Shown piece by piece: positions 10,818-29,520 of a stretch of 29,948 nucleotides of DNA. The DNA comes from Macrostomum lignano (lineage: Eukaryota). Where the stretch lies: NCBI GenBank assembly GCA_002269645.1, contig NIVC01002819.1:1-29948 (forward strand), given 5' to 3'. A program made the translations under genes and the position numbers. The notes below the pieces were generated by a model. That model was not told the origin of the DNA and made no database searches. It saw only the letters and a list, made by a program, of their open reading frames with translations. Position 1 is the stretch's first letter, and each line of letters begins with the position of its first letter.

Positions 10818-12554
10818 CTGCGCTTTTGGTGATGGAGAAATATTTGAGTTATCATTTCGTGAATTTAGGTTTCACAGTGCGTTGTTTTGTTTGATCAACA
10901 GGTGCATTTACAATATTCAGTAGTGTTTTTACTTAAAAACCATAGTAAGGCTCTTAAGCGCACATTGACTTTGTATTGAAGTTTTACGGTAGATTTTTAT
11001 GGACTGCGTGGTTATATACAGTACCATGCATTATTCGTAAAAGCATGAGCATTTTTAGTTTTATTAACAGCCGCTGCGTGTGTTGGTGAAGTGTACATTA
11101 CAACGAGACTTACTGCGACTCAATTTGATAGTTCATTCAGTGTTAGCCGACATGCACATGTGATTCTTTTATATGCATTAATTACATTTTCTTTTGGAAG
11201 AACCTACTGTAGTACCTCACTAACCCATTTTGGCTTTTGGTGGGGGGTTAAACGTCAGCAATTCGAGCAATTGTAAACCAATTGTAGGATTCCGAGAGAC
11301 CCGTCTAGATTTCAAGACCGATCCAATTCGATCCCGTGAGTCAATTACTTTACGAAACGGCATAATTTTGAAAATAGTTTTATTTTCAGTCTAAGGCTAC
11401 ACGTATAAGAAAGTATGGTGGGCGATAATTAAAAGCTATACGAATTTACATTTATTATCGTTTAGGCGTATAAACCTGATCACTGTGCCTAGGAGGGAGG
11501 TTGTTCTGTAGAAATCCCAATTTAGACCCAAATTAATGACTTGCACTTGAAATAATGGGGGGTTGGGCCGCTGGCACGTAAGAGCATCAGCCAGAAGCTC
11601 TGTACGTGTGCACCACAAATGTAATTCGATCGTAATCCGTTCCGTCAATTAAGCTGTAAAAGCAAAATTGCAGCGGTTCTTTCAACTGAACCCCAAAGGA
11701 AAATCCTGGGTACGCCGCTGGTATGTGTATATGATCAAGTAATTAATGTAGTATGATAATAGATGTAATACGTATTTTGTTGTTACGTATACACAATGCA
11801 TATATGTAGATCATACCATCATTAGTCCAGGTTGAGTGCTCACTATATTCGGTGCATAAATATGTAAAAGTATATTTTAAAACGACCGGTTCCGCAATTC
11901 GTATGCCGGTATTGCTACTAACTTGCACTGTCACCGTCCATACGTGGGGTAGTCGGTAAAACGTTAGTAACTGTTAAAAGTCCGGAATTGCTTCTCAAGC
12001 AATTTAAAACGGTACTATGTTAGTAGTTTTTAAAAATATAATTTATCCAGAAAATGCCTTGACTTTATGCAGCATTTCGATCAGTAGAAATAAAAGTTTA
12101 AAGCTTGTTACTTTTTGCTAAAGCGTTCATGTGTATTTCAAATAGAAAACTTTCTAAGAAATAAATCAGGAATTGAAGGAAATGCAATGAAAAAAATAAT
12201 GAGTAAACCGAATTGCAAATAGAATATGTAATTAGGCTGCCGCATCGTTTTTTATAGTTTCCCTTATAACATCGTAAAAATATGGAGCAAGAAATAGTGC
12301 AATCAATACTCCGCAAAACTTAGCTCTTTTAACTAAATAAACATTTAGCTACTTGCCCTACGTCCTTTATATTACACTACACAATATTAAATTTGAATGA
12401 CGTCTAGATAGAATTAACCTAATTATTAATAATATGAAACTAACAGCTTTCGAAGTTTCTTTTCCGGCTTTTAGCAGAAACTTCTAACTATTATTTATTT
12501 AAAAGTTGTGGTAGCAATAGCAAAATTTATTAATCTTGGTGTGGCCGTGGGAGA

Positions 12555-19129
<6,575 letters not shown>

Positions 19130-19194
19130 TCAATTTTTGTAGTAACTTGGACTGGGAGTCTTTTAGCTCAGAAATGAAAGGCGGGGGTGAGCCG

Positions 19195-19655
19195 GCTTTC
19201 TATTGGCTAAGTTAACTGGCTTTCTATTGGCTAGGAGGTTAGCCGGCTTTCTATTGGCTAGGTTAGCTGGCTTTCTATTGGCGGGGAGGTTAGTCGGCTT
19301 TCAATTGGCTGGGAAGTTAGCCGTTTTTCTATTGGCTGGTAGGTTAGCCAGCTTTCTACGAGCTATTGGCTGGCATGTTAGCCGGCTTTCTATTGGCTGA
19401 GAGGTTAGCCGTTTTTTATTGGTTGGGATGTTAGCCGGCTTTCTTTTAGCTGGTAGGTTAGCCGGCTTTCTATTGGCTGGGATGTTAGCCGGCTTTCTTT
19501 TAGCTGGTAGGTTAGCCGGCTTTCTATTGCCTGGGATGTTAGCCGGCTTTCTATTGGCTGAGAGGTTAGCCGTTTTTTATTGGTTGGGATGTTAGCCGGC
19601 TTTATTTTAGCTGGTAGGTTAGCCGGCTTTCTATTGCCTGGGAGGCTAGCCGGTT
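19195..19655. repeat. About 26-bp minisatellite GGTTAGCCGGCTTTCTATTGGCT.. downstream of the GLG1 stop
   Basis: Imperfect tandem repeat; AATAAA at 19971 suggests it may lie in the 3' UTR. Confidence 0.85.
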
Positions 19656-20416
19656 TCAGTATTTTCAGTGGGATTGCTAGTCTTTCTTGTACATATTTTT
19701 GTTTCTGCAAGTTGATACTTAGCGTACTGATTTTTATCGTATAAATTCTGGACTGCATTTCTTGTCGTTTTTACATGTATCTGCTGACGTGACCGCTATT
19801 TCATGGCTGCAACAGTCCATCTGGTTGAAATACATGCTGACCAATGCTTTAAGTAGTCTATTGCGCGTTTCACAACTTCATAGTGGTTTACTATATACCA
19901 TAATTGCCACTTTATGTGCAGAAAAAAACATTAACTTCGTTTTCCTTGATTTCTATTGTTTTTATAAAGTAATAAATTTACTCGTTGAAAATCTACCACC
20001 CTAAGTAAGAAGTACGTTCTTTAAGAATATCTCTGATGCAGCACATTGAGGGAGTCGTCACTTTCTACCATCCATGGACATGCGAATAACAATTTATCTG
20101 CGCATGTATATAACGCTATTGAATGACCTTCAATCGCTCCTTAAACAGCTACGCTCTTGGCTATCAATTCTGCTGTGTGGCTCCCAGGCCAGGCAGGGCG
20201 GACCAGCGGGGTGTCTGTTCTGTAGATAAAACGCCCGCTGAAAGACACTCTCTACCCTTAGCCAGCAGATGTGCAACTGACTGCACAATGCAGGCATAGT
20301 ACGGTAAGGCACCCAAATTCTGTATATAAACTGCCTCTCAACTGCAATCCAGTCTAGCTGTGAACAAAAGGCTGCAGAAGCTGTGAGACAGACTGACAAA
20401 CCGAACAAACCCGGGC

Positions 20417-21544
20417 ATGTCTGCATCAAAACGCTCATCGCACACGCCAACACTGGACGAGTTCGAGTGGCGCGGCATCCTGTGGAACAACTACACAACG
20501 CTGGAGGTGCTTCGTAGAGCCGTGTGCGAGTTCCGCTACCGCCCCAGCGACATCTGCGTGTGCACTTTCCCCCGCTGCGGCACCACCCTCACCCAGGAGA
20601 TCGTATGGCAGCTGGTGCACCGCGACGTCATCCAGCAGGGCGCCAAGTTCGCCGCCATCGACGAACGATTCCCGTTCCTGGAGTTTAACTACGGCTGGGG
20701 CACCTCCGGCCCAGTCCGGTGGGGCATCGATGAGCTGGAGGCTGCGCCGCAGGACCGGCAGCGCCTCATCAAGACCCACTGCCCCTACTCATTGATTGGC
20801 AACGCGCTGGACTCCGCTAATCCTCGGATTATTGCGGTACTTCGAAATCCGAAGGATTGCTGCAATTCGTTGTACCATTTCTACAAAGGCCTGGAGATGT
20901 ACGGGCCTTGGCCTGGCGATTGGCCAGAATTTGTAGACATGTTTCTGAACGGCAGAACCATGTGCGGAGACTACTTTCAGGCAAGGATTCGATTGCTTGC
21001 TTTTGAAGACAAGTTTGCATTTGTAAACAAGACGTTTGCTTTTGAAGGCAAGACTTGCTTTTGTAGACAAGATTTTTGCTTCTGAAACTCGATATCTTAG
21101 AGATATTTCTGCTTAGATGATTTCGATTCCCAATGATTGGGATCAGCATGTACATATAACTGTGGCTGTGACGTCATAAATAACTATCGACACTGCCTGC
21201 AGGTCACCTCAGAATGGTGGCAACAGCGCGACAAGCCCAATGTACTGGTGCTCAAGTACGAGGACATTGTGAGCAGCCCCCAGCACAGCATCTGCCGCAT
21301 AGCTGACCATCTGGGCATTCAGCCAAGCACCGAACAGCTGGCCTGCGTGATGCACAACTGCAGCTTCGAGTCGATGTCCAGCAACGACAATGTGAACACC
21401 ACCTTCGGCACCGGGTTCAGATTCCTGCGCAAAGGACTTATCGGCGACTGGAAGGCTTCCTTCACCGAGGAGCAAAGCGAACGGTTTGAGAGGGCGGCTC
21501 AAGAGCGACTGGCTGCCATTGGCTTGGAGTTTCGATACGAATGA
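20417..21544 (+). CDS. Cytosolic (PAPS-dependent) sulfotransferase, 301 aa: join(20417..20980,21203..21544), GC-AG intron
   Basis: TFPRCGTT (5'-PSB loop), RLIKTH (catalytic His), RNPKD...S (3'-PB), RKGLIGDWK motif. Joining gives GDYFQ|VTSEWW, matching SULT G..F.H...WW spacing. Confidence 0.92.
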
Positions 21545-21707
21545 CAGCCCAGCTGACAGCCCAGCTGACACCCCAGCTGACACCCCCGCTGACACCCCAG
21601 CTGACACCCCAGCTGACACCCCGCTGACACCCCAGCTGACACCCCAGCTGACACCCTTGCTGACACCCCAGCTGACACCCCAGCTGACACCCTTGCTGAC
21701 ACCCCAG
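21542..21707. repeat. 12-bp repeat TGACACCCCAGC beginning at the sulfotransferase stop codon
   Basis: Tandem repeat before AATAAA at 21743. Confidence 0.9.
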
Positions 21708-22523
21708 CCACATCAAAGTAAAAAAAACAGAAAGTTGCAATCAATAAATAAATTAGAAATAAAATTTACAATCGCGCTGTTACACAAATACAATGCAGAG
21801 TACACGAAATCATTTAATTGTGGTTCAACAGATAATTGCGCCAATCAGTAAGAAGCGAAGTGCCTGACTGCAAAACGACAAATCATAATTATAAAGAAGT
21901 GATTGATAAACTTTAAAAAAAATCGATTTTCATAATAATGCTTGAGAATTCAAACAAATCCAGAATTACTTATTAATTGTATGCAAGATTAAAAGTCAAG
22001 TTATAAATAGCCGACAACAATAACGCTTCTGAGTAAGGATTTGAACTGTACACACACACAGATTACTAATATTAGACTGGAAAGGTAACTGGAATCAGAA
22101 TAACGCTGTTTTGGTAATAACATATCCCTTACCAGCTATCAGCAGTACAACTAAGTCGATATAAAGCACAGCAGAAGGTAACTTTTTGTTCTTATATTAA
22201 CAAATCAAAATTGGATATCGAAATCTGTGTGTATTAATATAACATTTACTGTTAATAAACGACTTATATAATTACCGTTAAATTCCAAGCAGTGTTGATA
22301 GAAAGTACTTAAAATCAATAATTGTTTGTACATCTCTAAAGTTCTACGTGTGCAAGTATAGATAGATTAGACACAGAGAATGGCATGCCACTAATTCTAA
22401 ATAAGAGCTTGCAGTCAGTCAGTAGCATTCTCGTTCATGGACTCAGGATGTGCATTAGAAACTGAACACACTGACATATAGAGCACCCAGCATTGTCGCA
22501 CAGTAAGAGAAAAAGAGTAGTCA

Positions 22524-23708
22524 GGGAGCGGCGGAGTAGACTCGAGAGAGAAGCAGAGTAGACAGGGAGAGGGGTGGAGTAGACTGGGAGGGGTGGAGTA
22601 GACTCGAGAGAGAAGCAGAGTAGACAGGAGAGGGGTGGAGTACACTGGGAGGGGTGGAGTAGACTGGGAGAGGGGCGGAGTAGACTGGGAAGGGGTGAAG
22701 TACACTGGGAAAGGGGCGGAGTAGACTGGAAGAGGGGCGGAGTAGACACGGAGGGGTGGAGTAGACTGGGAGAGGGGCGGAGTAGACACGGAGGGGCGGA
22801 GTAGACTGGGAGAGGGGCGGAGTAGACTGGGAGAGGGGTGGAGTAGACTGGGAGAGGGTGGAGTAGACTGGGAGAGGGGTGGAGTAGACTGGAAGAGGGG
22901 CGGAGTAGACTGGGAGAGGGGTGGAGTAGACTAGGATAGGGGTGGAGTAGACTGGGAGAGGGGTGGAGTAGACTGGGAGAGGGGTGGAGTAGACTGGGAG
23001 AGGGTGGAGTAGACTGGGAGAGGGGTGGAGTAGACTGGAAGAGGGGCGGAGTAGACTGGGAGAGGGGTGGAGTAGACTAGGAGAGGGGTGGAGTAGACTG
23101 GGAGAGGGTGGAGTAGACTGGGAGAGGGGTGGAGTAGACTGGAAGAGGGGCGGAGTAGACTGGGAGAGGGGTGGAGTAGACTGGGAGAGGGGTGGAGTAG
23201 ACTGGGAGAGGGGTGGAGTAGACTGGGAGAGGGGTGGAGTAGACTGGGAGAGGGGTGGAGTAGACTGGGAGAGGGGTGGAGTAGACTGGGAGAGGGGTGG
23301 AGTAGACTGGGAGAGGGGTGGAGTAGACTGGGAGAGGGGTGGAGTAGACTGGGAGAGGGGTGGAGTAGACTGGGAGAGGGGTGGAGTAGACTGGGAGAGG
23401 GGTGGAGTAGACTAGGAGAGGGGTGGAGTAGACTGGGAGAGGGGTGGAGTAGACTGGGAGAGGGGTGGAGTAGACTGGGAGAGGGGTGGAGTAGACTAGG
23501 AGAGGGGTGGAGTAGACTGGGAGAGGGGTGGAGTAGACTGGGAGAGGGGTGGAGTAGACTGGGAGAGGGGTGGAGTAGACTGGGAGAGGGGTGGAGTAGA
23601 CTGGGAGAGGGGTGGAGTAGACTGGGAGAGGGGTGGAGTAGACTGGGAGAGGGGTGGAGTAGACTGGGAGAGGGGTGGAGTAGACTGGGAGAGGGGTGGA
23701 GTAGACTG
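22524..23708. repeat. 21-bp G-rich minisatellite GGGAGAGGGGTGGAGTAGACT, about 55 copies
   Basis: Highly homogeneous tandem array; explains ORFs 22931..23806 and 23077..23823. Confidence 0.97.
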
Positions 23709-23895
23709 GTTGACGAAAAGTAAACAGAGAAAACAGAAGCGAGAGAAAAAGAGAATGCAGGCAAGCCATGCATCCACCCACAACAAAGAACACAAAAGAG
23801 CAGCAATCAGACACCAACCTCACACGAAATCAATCATTAAAAAGCAGAGAAAGTGCGTTGCAGATTTTTGTCACCCGGCGCTGAAAATCGACATT

Positions 23896-24508
23896 TCAAT
23901 TGGTCGAGGCGCCGCACGGAGGCGGGAACTCCTGACTGTCCTGCAGGTTCAGCCGGCCAGCCGCGGCGGTCGTCTCCGCGACTGCGGCTTCGTTGGATCG
24001 GCGATGCTGACGGCCGCCGTTCGAAGGCGTCGGAGACGATGCTGATGCCGACGCCGACGACTGAGGCAGCGGCAGAGACGGCGGCGGCGTCGGCGGAGAT
24101 GTCGGCTGCTGCTGCTGCTGCACTGGCGAAGGCGCCGAGGGCAGCGTCGCGGGAGACGGCACAGCGGCGGCGGCGGCTGCCGGGGCCGGAGCGGCGCTGC
24201 CAGGAATCGGCGGCTCGCCACGCAGGTCGAGTCGGGCGACGGGGCCGCAGTCGCCGCCGACGTGCTCGTTGACGTTGAAGACGCTCAGATGGGCGTCTGG
24301 GCCGGCGCAGAGGAGGCGCAGGTGCTTGCCGATGGTGACCAGAGAGCAGAGGGTCCGACCGCCGCCGTCTGGTAGTCGAGCGGTGGCGAAGTCGCGGTCC
24401 TGGCTGAGCGCCGCCGGCAGATACGAGGCCGACGCTTTGTAGGCCCAGTCCATCCACGAGTCCTCGGCCGGGGCCGCCGCTACTGCTGCCGACCCGCTAC
24501 TGCCGCCG
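23896..24508 (-). CDS. WIPI2: WIPI2 exon 3
   Basis: [15 protein letters not shown]...[11 protein letters not shown]...CSLVTI...GGDC, then a Pro/Ser/Ala-rich tail. Confidence 0.88.
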
Positions 24509-26864
24509 CTGAGATGATTGAGCAGATGCACTTTGCTATGTTAGTGCCGCTTCTGATCTATCGGCTAGCAACCATTGACAATGCCTAACCAACCAATGCC
24601 TAAGCAACCATCTAATGCCATAGCAACCATCGAAAATTCTTTAGCAACCATTGAAAATGCCCTAAAAACCATAAAAAAATCCCTAGAAACCATCGAAAAT
24701 CCTTTAGCAACCATAAAAAATCCCATAACAACCATTGACAATGTCCTATCAACCATCAAATAACCTTTAGCAACTATTGATTGACGATGATGAAGGTTGG
24801 CAAACATCGAAAATCCCTGAGAAACCACCGAACATGTTATAACAACCATTTAAAATGCCATAGAAACCACTGACAATGCCCTAGCAACCATCTAAAATCT
24901 TTAGAAACCATCGAGAATCCTTTTGCAACCATTAAAAATCCCCTAGCTACCATGGACAACACCCTAGCAACCACTGACAATGCCCTAGCAACCATCTAAA
25001 ATCATTAGAAACCATCGAAAATCAGTTTGCAACCATGAAAATGCTCTAGCAACCATGGACAACACCCTAGCAACCATCTAAAATCATTAGAAACCATCGA
25101 AAATCAGTTTGCAACCATGAAAATGTTCTAGCAACCATGGACAACACCCTAGCAACCATCTAAAATCATTAGGAACCATCGAAAATCAGTTTGCAACTAT
25201 GGACAACACTCTAGCAACCGTGGACAACACTCTAGCAACCATGAACAACACTCTAGCAACCATGGACAACACCATAGCAACCATTGACAACACCCTAACA
25301 ACCATGGACAACACCCTAACAACCATGGACAACACTCTAGCAACCATGGACAACACCCTAGCAACCATTGACAACACCCTAACAACCATGGACAACACCC
25401 TAGCAACCATGGACAACACTCTAGCAACCATGGACAACACCCTAGCAACCAACCTCCCAGCGTGTCCAGGCGCAGCAGCCGCAACCTGCCCGGTGGTAGG
25501 CTGCAGGCAGAACACGTGCAGCGTCTCTGTATTGGAGCTGCAGGCCAACAGCCGGCTGTCCCGGCTGAACGCTAAAGAATAGACGGTGACGCAACGTTTA
25601 ACGCCGCGTCGAAACTCCAACAGACGCTGGCCCTCGGGCACAGAGAATATGCGAATAACGGTGCCCTTCTCCGAGGCTGTGGCCAGCTTGTTGGCCTGAG
25701 CGTTGAAGCTGATGGCAGCCAGTGGGCTGTCGTGGGCGGCCACTACGCAGAGCGGCTTCAGAGCCACGGTGTCGAATATGTGCACCTGGAATCGGGATCA
25801 TATAGTTTATTGAGTATAAGCAAATATTAAATATAAGACAGACTAGTGAATCCAGAATGGGGTTAGTGAATCCAGATGAGGATTAGTGAATCCAGATGAG
25901 GATTAGTGAATCCAGATGAGGATTAGTGAATCCAGATGAGGATTAGTGAATCCAGATGAGGATTAGTGAATCCAGATGAATATTAGTGAATAAATATGAT
26001 GATTAATTAGTCCAGATAAGAATTAGTGAATCCAGGTGAGGATTTATGAGTCCAGATAAGAATTAGTGAATCCAGGTGAGGATTAGTGAATCAAGGTGAG
26101 GATTAGTGAATCAAGGTGAGGATTAGTGAATCAAGGTGAGGATTATGGAATCTAGATGAGGAATAGTGAATCTCAGATGTGGATTAGTGAATCCAGCTAG
26201 TTGATGATCAGGGAATCCAGATGAGGATTAGTGAATCCAGATGAGGATTAATCCAGATGAGGATTAGTGAATCCAGATAAGGATTAGTGAATCCAGATAA
26301 GGATTAGTGAATCTAGATGAGAATTAGTGATTCCAAACCGGGATTAGTGAATCTCGGTGAATCGTAAATCATTACAAGCGGAGAACAGTTAATTACTTCG
26401 CCGAGTTGAGCGCTACCAGGATAAGCCAAAAGCGAGCTGTCATTCGCTGAGCCCAAGGCGCACAAGCCGAGCCTATTAGGCGGAGTCTCCCGAATAGTGT
26501 GCAGCACCTTCATATCCTGCAGGTTGTGAATGTACAGCGAGTCCTCCAGGCACACGACAAGCCGCTGACGGTTCAATCTAACAGCCAGGATACTGTTAGA
26601 ATAGCTGCAACTGCAAATCTCTGTGCCCTTTTTGAAATGGCAGACTCTTAGTTTCCTAGGCGCCGCCTGGGTTACCATGGCAACTAATGAGCTCGAATAG
26701 TGTCGCTCGATTATGCAGACTTCGTCTCCGTCGTGACGGAACACTTCTTCGAGGCGATCGGCATTCTGCGACAGGCTGTAGAGTCGGTAGCCGCAGCTCA
26801 GGCCCACCGCTAAAGAGGTGAAGTCCTGGTTGAAGCTCACGCTGAGTACGCGAGGGCCCTCCAT
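23896..26864 (-). CDS. WIPI2: WIPI2/Atg18 PROPPIN autophagy protein, 470 aa: complement(join(23896..24508,25454..25785,26397..26864))
   Basis: [48 protein letters not shown] and the FRRG phosphoinositide motif. GT-AG introns with phases 0 and 2; total 1413 nt. Confidence 0.93.
24560..25450. repeat. 21-bp minisatellite CCATGGACAACACCCTAGCAA in WIPI2 intron 2
   Basis: Tandem repeat, more degenerate toward the left. Confidence 0.9.
25454..25785 (-). CDS. WIPI2: WIPI2 exon 2
   Basis: TTCCAG|VHIFDT...FRRGVKRC...[10 protein letters not shown]; AG|GTTGGT donor. Confidence 0.9.
25845..26355. repeat. 20-bp minisatellite GTGAATCCAGATGAGGATTA in WIPI2 intron 1
   Basis: Direct tandem repeat. Confidence 0.92.
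26397..26864 (-). CDS. WIPI2: WIPI2 exon 1
   Basis: [14 protein letters not shown]...YPGSAQLGE|GTAATT donor. Confidence 0.9.
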
Positions 26865-26951
26865 GAATGAGAGTAAATGTCTATTGAGTATTAAATTGGC
26901 AGACTTTTGTACTGCTATAACTAGGACCGAAAATAGCCATTATGAAAAAGA

Positions 26952-27493
26952 CAGGTGAGAGTCAGACAGACAGGTGAGAGTCAGATAGAGGTGAGAGTCA
27001 GACAGAGGTGAGAGTCAGACAGAGGTGAGAGTCAGACAGACAGGTGAGAGTCAGATAGAGGTGAGAGTCAGACAGACAGGGACAGGTGAGACAGTCAGAC
27101 AGACAGGTGAGACAGTCAGACAGACAGGTGAGACAGTCAGACAGACAGACAGACAGGTGAGACAGACAGACAGACAGGTGAGACAGTCAGACAGACAGGT
27201 GAGACAGTCAGACAGACAGACAGGTGAGACAGTCAGACAGTCAGACAGGTGAGACAGTCAGACAGACAGGTGAGACAGTCAGACAGACAGGTGAGACAGG
27301 CAGACAGACAGGTGAGACAGGCAGACAGACAGACAGGTGAGACAGTCAGACAGGTGAGACAGTCAGACAGACAGGTGAGACAGTCAGACAGACAGGTGAG
27401 ACAGTCAGACAGTCAGACAGGTGAGACAGTCAGACAGACAGGTGAGACAGTCAGACAGACAGGTGAGACAGGCAGACAGACACATGAGACAGA
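26952..27493. repeat. Compound CAGA/CAGGTGAGACAGT repeat upstream of WIPI2
   Basis: Mixed 4-bp and 21-25-bp tandem units. Confidence 0.9.
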
Positions 27494-28087
27494 TTAATAA
27501 GTGTGAGACTTAGCGAAGACAGGATGCCAATACAGAAACTGATCAGTAAAATTAAAACAAGTCTGAAACAAAAGAAACAAAGTACAATTTGAACAAAATA
27601 TATTAAAAACAGAGCAAAAAAATGGTGACAAAAGCAGCTTGTGGGGAAAGAGTATTTTTTGAAGAAAAAAACAACAATGAGAGAAAGATGAAGAATGAAA
27701 TGAACTGCAGTTTTGGGTAATCGGCTTTGATAAAAATTAGCTGTTCATAAAATGCAACCTAGTTAATTCGGATATTGATACTTATATAAATACTAAATAC
27801 AGGTAGGAAAAATTAAAATTAAAATCTCGAAAATATAGAGTAATAACGGAAGCCGGAATGAAAGTTGAAAAATTGGCTATTGAGTTTTCTAAATTGAATA
27901 AGCTCAAATTAGATTAATAATTGCATAATAGACCAATACAAAAATATGACAATTGCAATGATAAGATATGATAAACATTTACCAGCCATGTGAGTGTGTA
28001 TTAACTATCTGTGCTGAGTAATTATAACAGGTAAAAGCTAACGATATTTTTATCGTTGGAAAATTACATCTTTGCTGCCTACTTGAG

Positions 28088-29422
28088 CCTTGGGAATTTT
28101 CCATTGGCTGTCTACTTCGGCCTTGGGAATTTTCCATCGGCTGCCTACTTCGACCTTGGGGATTTTCTATTGGCTGCCTACCATAACCTTGGGAATTTTC
28201 CATCGGCTGCCTAATTCGACCTTGGGGATTTTCCATTGGCTGCCTACTTCGACCTTAGGAAATTTCCATTGGCTGCCTACCATGACCTTGGGGATTTTCC
28301 ATCGGCTGCCTACTTCGACCTTGGGGATTTTCTATTGGCTGCCTACCATAACCTTGGGAATTTTCCATCGGCTGCCTAATTCGACCTTGGGATTTTCCAT
28401 TGGCTGCCTACTTCGACCTTGGGAAATTTCCATTGGCTGCCTACTTCGATCTCGGAGATTTTTCATCGGATGCCTACTTCGACCCTGGGGATTTTTCATT
28501 GGCTGCCTACTTCGACCTTAGGAATTTTTCATTGGCTGCCTACTTCGATCCTGGAGATTTTCCATCGGCTGCCTACTTCGACCTTGGGGATTTTCCATCG
28601 GCTGCCTACTTCGACCTTGGGAATTTTTCATCGGCTGCCTACTTCTACCTTAGGAATTTTTCATTGGCTGCCTACTTCGATCCTGGAGATTTTTCATCGG
28701 ATGCCTACTTCGACCTGGGGATTTTTCATTGGCTGCCTACTTCGACCTTAGGAATTTTTCATTGGCTGCCTACTTCGATCCTGGAGATTTTCCATCGGCT
28801 GCCTACTTCGACCTTGGGGATTTTCCATCGGCTGCCTACTTCGACCTTGGAATTTTTCATCGGCTGCCTACTTCTACCTTAGGAATTTTTCATTGGCTGC
28901 CTACTTCGATCCTGGAGATTTTTCATCGGATGCCTACTTCGACCCTGGGGATTTTTCATTGGCTGCCTACTTCGACCTTAGGAATTTTTCATTGGCTGCC
29001 TACTTCGATCCTGGAGATTTTCCATCGGCTGCCTACTTCGACCTTGGGGATTTTCCATCGGCTGCCTACTTCGACCTTGGGAATTTTTCATCGGCTGCCT
29101 ACTTCTACCTTAGGAATTTTTCATTGGCTGCCTACTTCGATCCTGGAGATTTTTCATCGGATGCCTACTTCGACCCTGGGGATTTTTCATTGGCTGCCTA
29201 CTTCGACCTTAGGAATTTTTCATTGGCTGCCTACTTCGATCCTGGAGATTTTCCATCGGCTGCCTACTTCGACCTTGGGATTTTCCATCGGCTGCCTACT
29301 TCGACCTTGGGAATTTTTCATCGGCTGCCTACTTCTACCTTAGGAATTTTTCATTGGCTGCCTACCTTAACCTTGGAAATTTTTTATTGCTGCTATTTTG
29401 GCCTTGGGAATTTTCCATTGGC
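28088..29422. repeat. 33-bp satellite (ACTTCGACCTTGGGGATTTTCCATCGGCTGCCT) with 5-mer and 7-mer higher-order repeats
   Basis: About 40 units; variant landmarks recur at 165-bp and 229-231-bp spacing. Confidence 0.93.
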
Positions 29423-29520
29423 TAGCCGTAGATTCGGTCAATTAGAATTGCGAAATTTTGCACTCCTATCCAACTAAAGAAAGTAAAACTTCACGCAACA
29501 CAAAAATTGTTTTTAAAAAT

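Noticed and set aside
11697-11720. CAGCGGCGTACCCAGG (minus strand), resembling a hAT/MITE terminus
   Set aside because: No matching opposite terminus was found nearby.
20560-20590. Lys-to-Arg change in the sulfotransferase PSB loop (TFPRCGTT)
   Set aside because: A conservative substitution; the other catalytic motifs are intact, so there is no evidence of inactivation.
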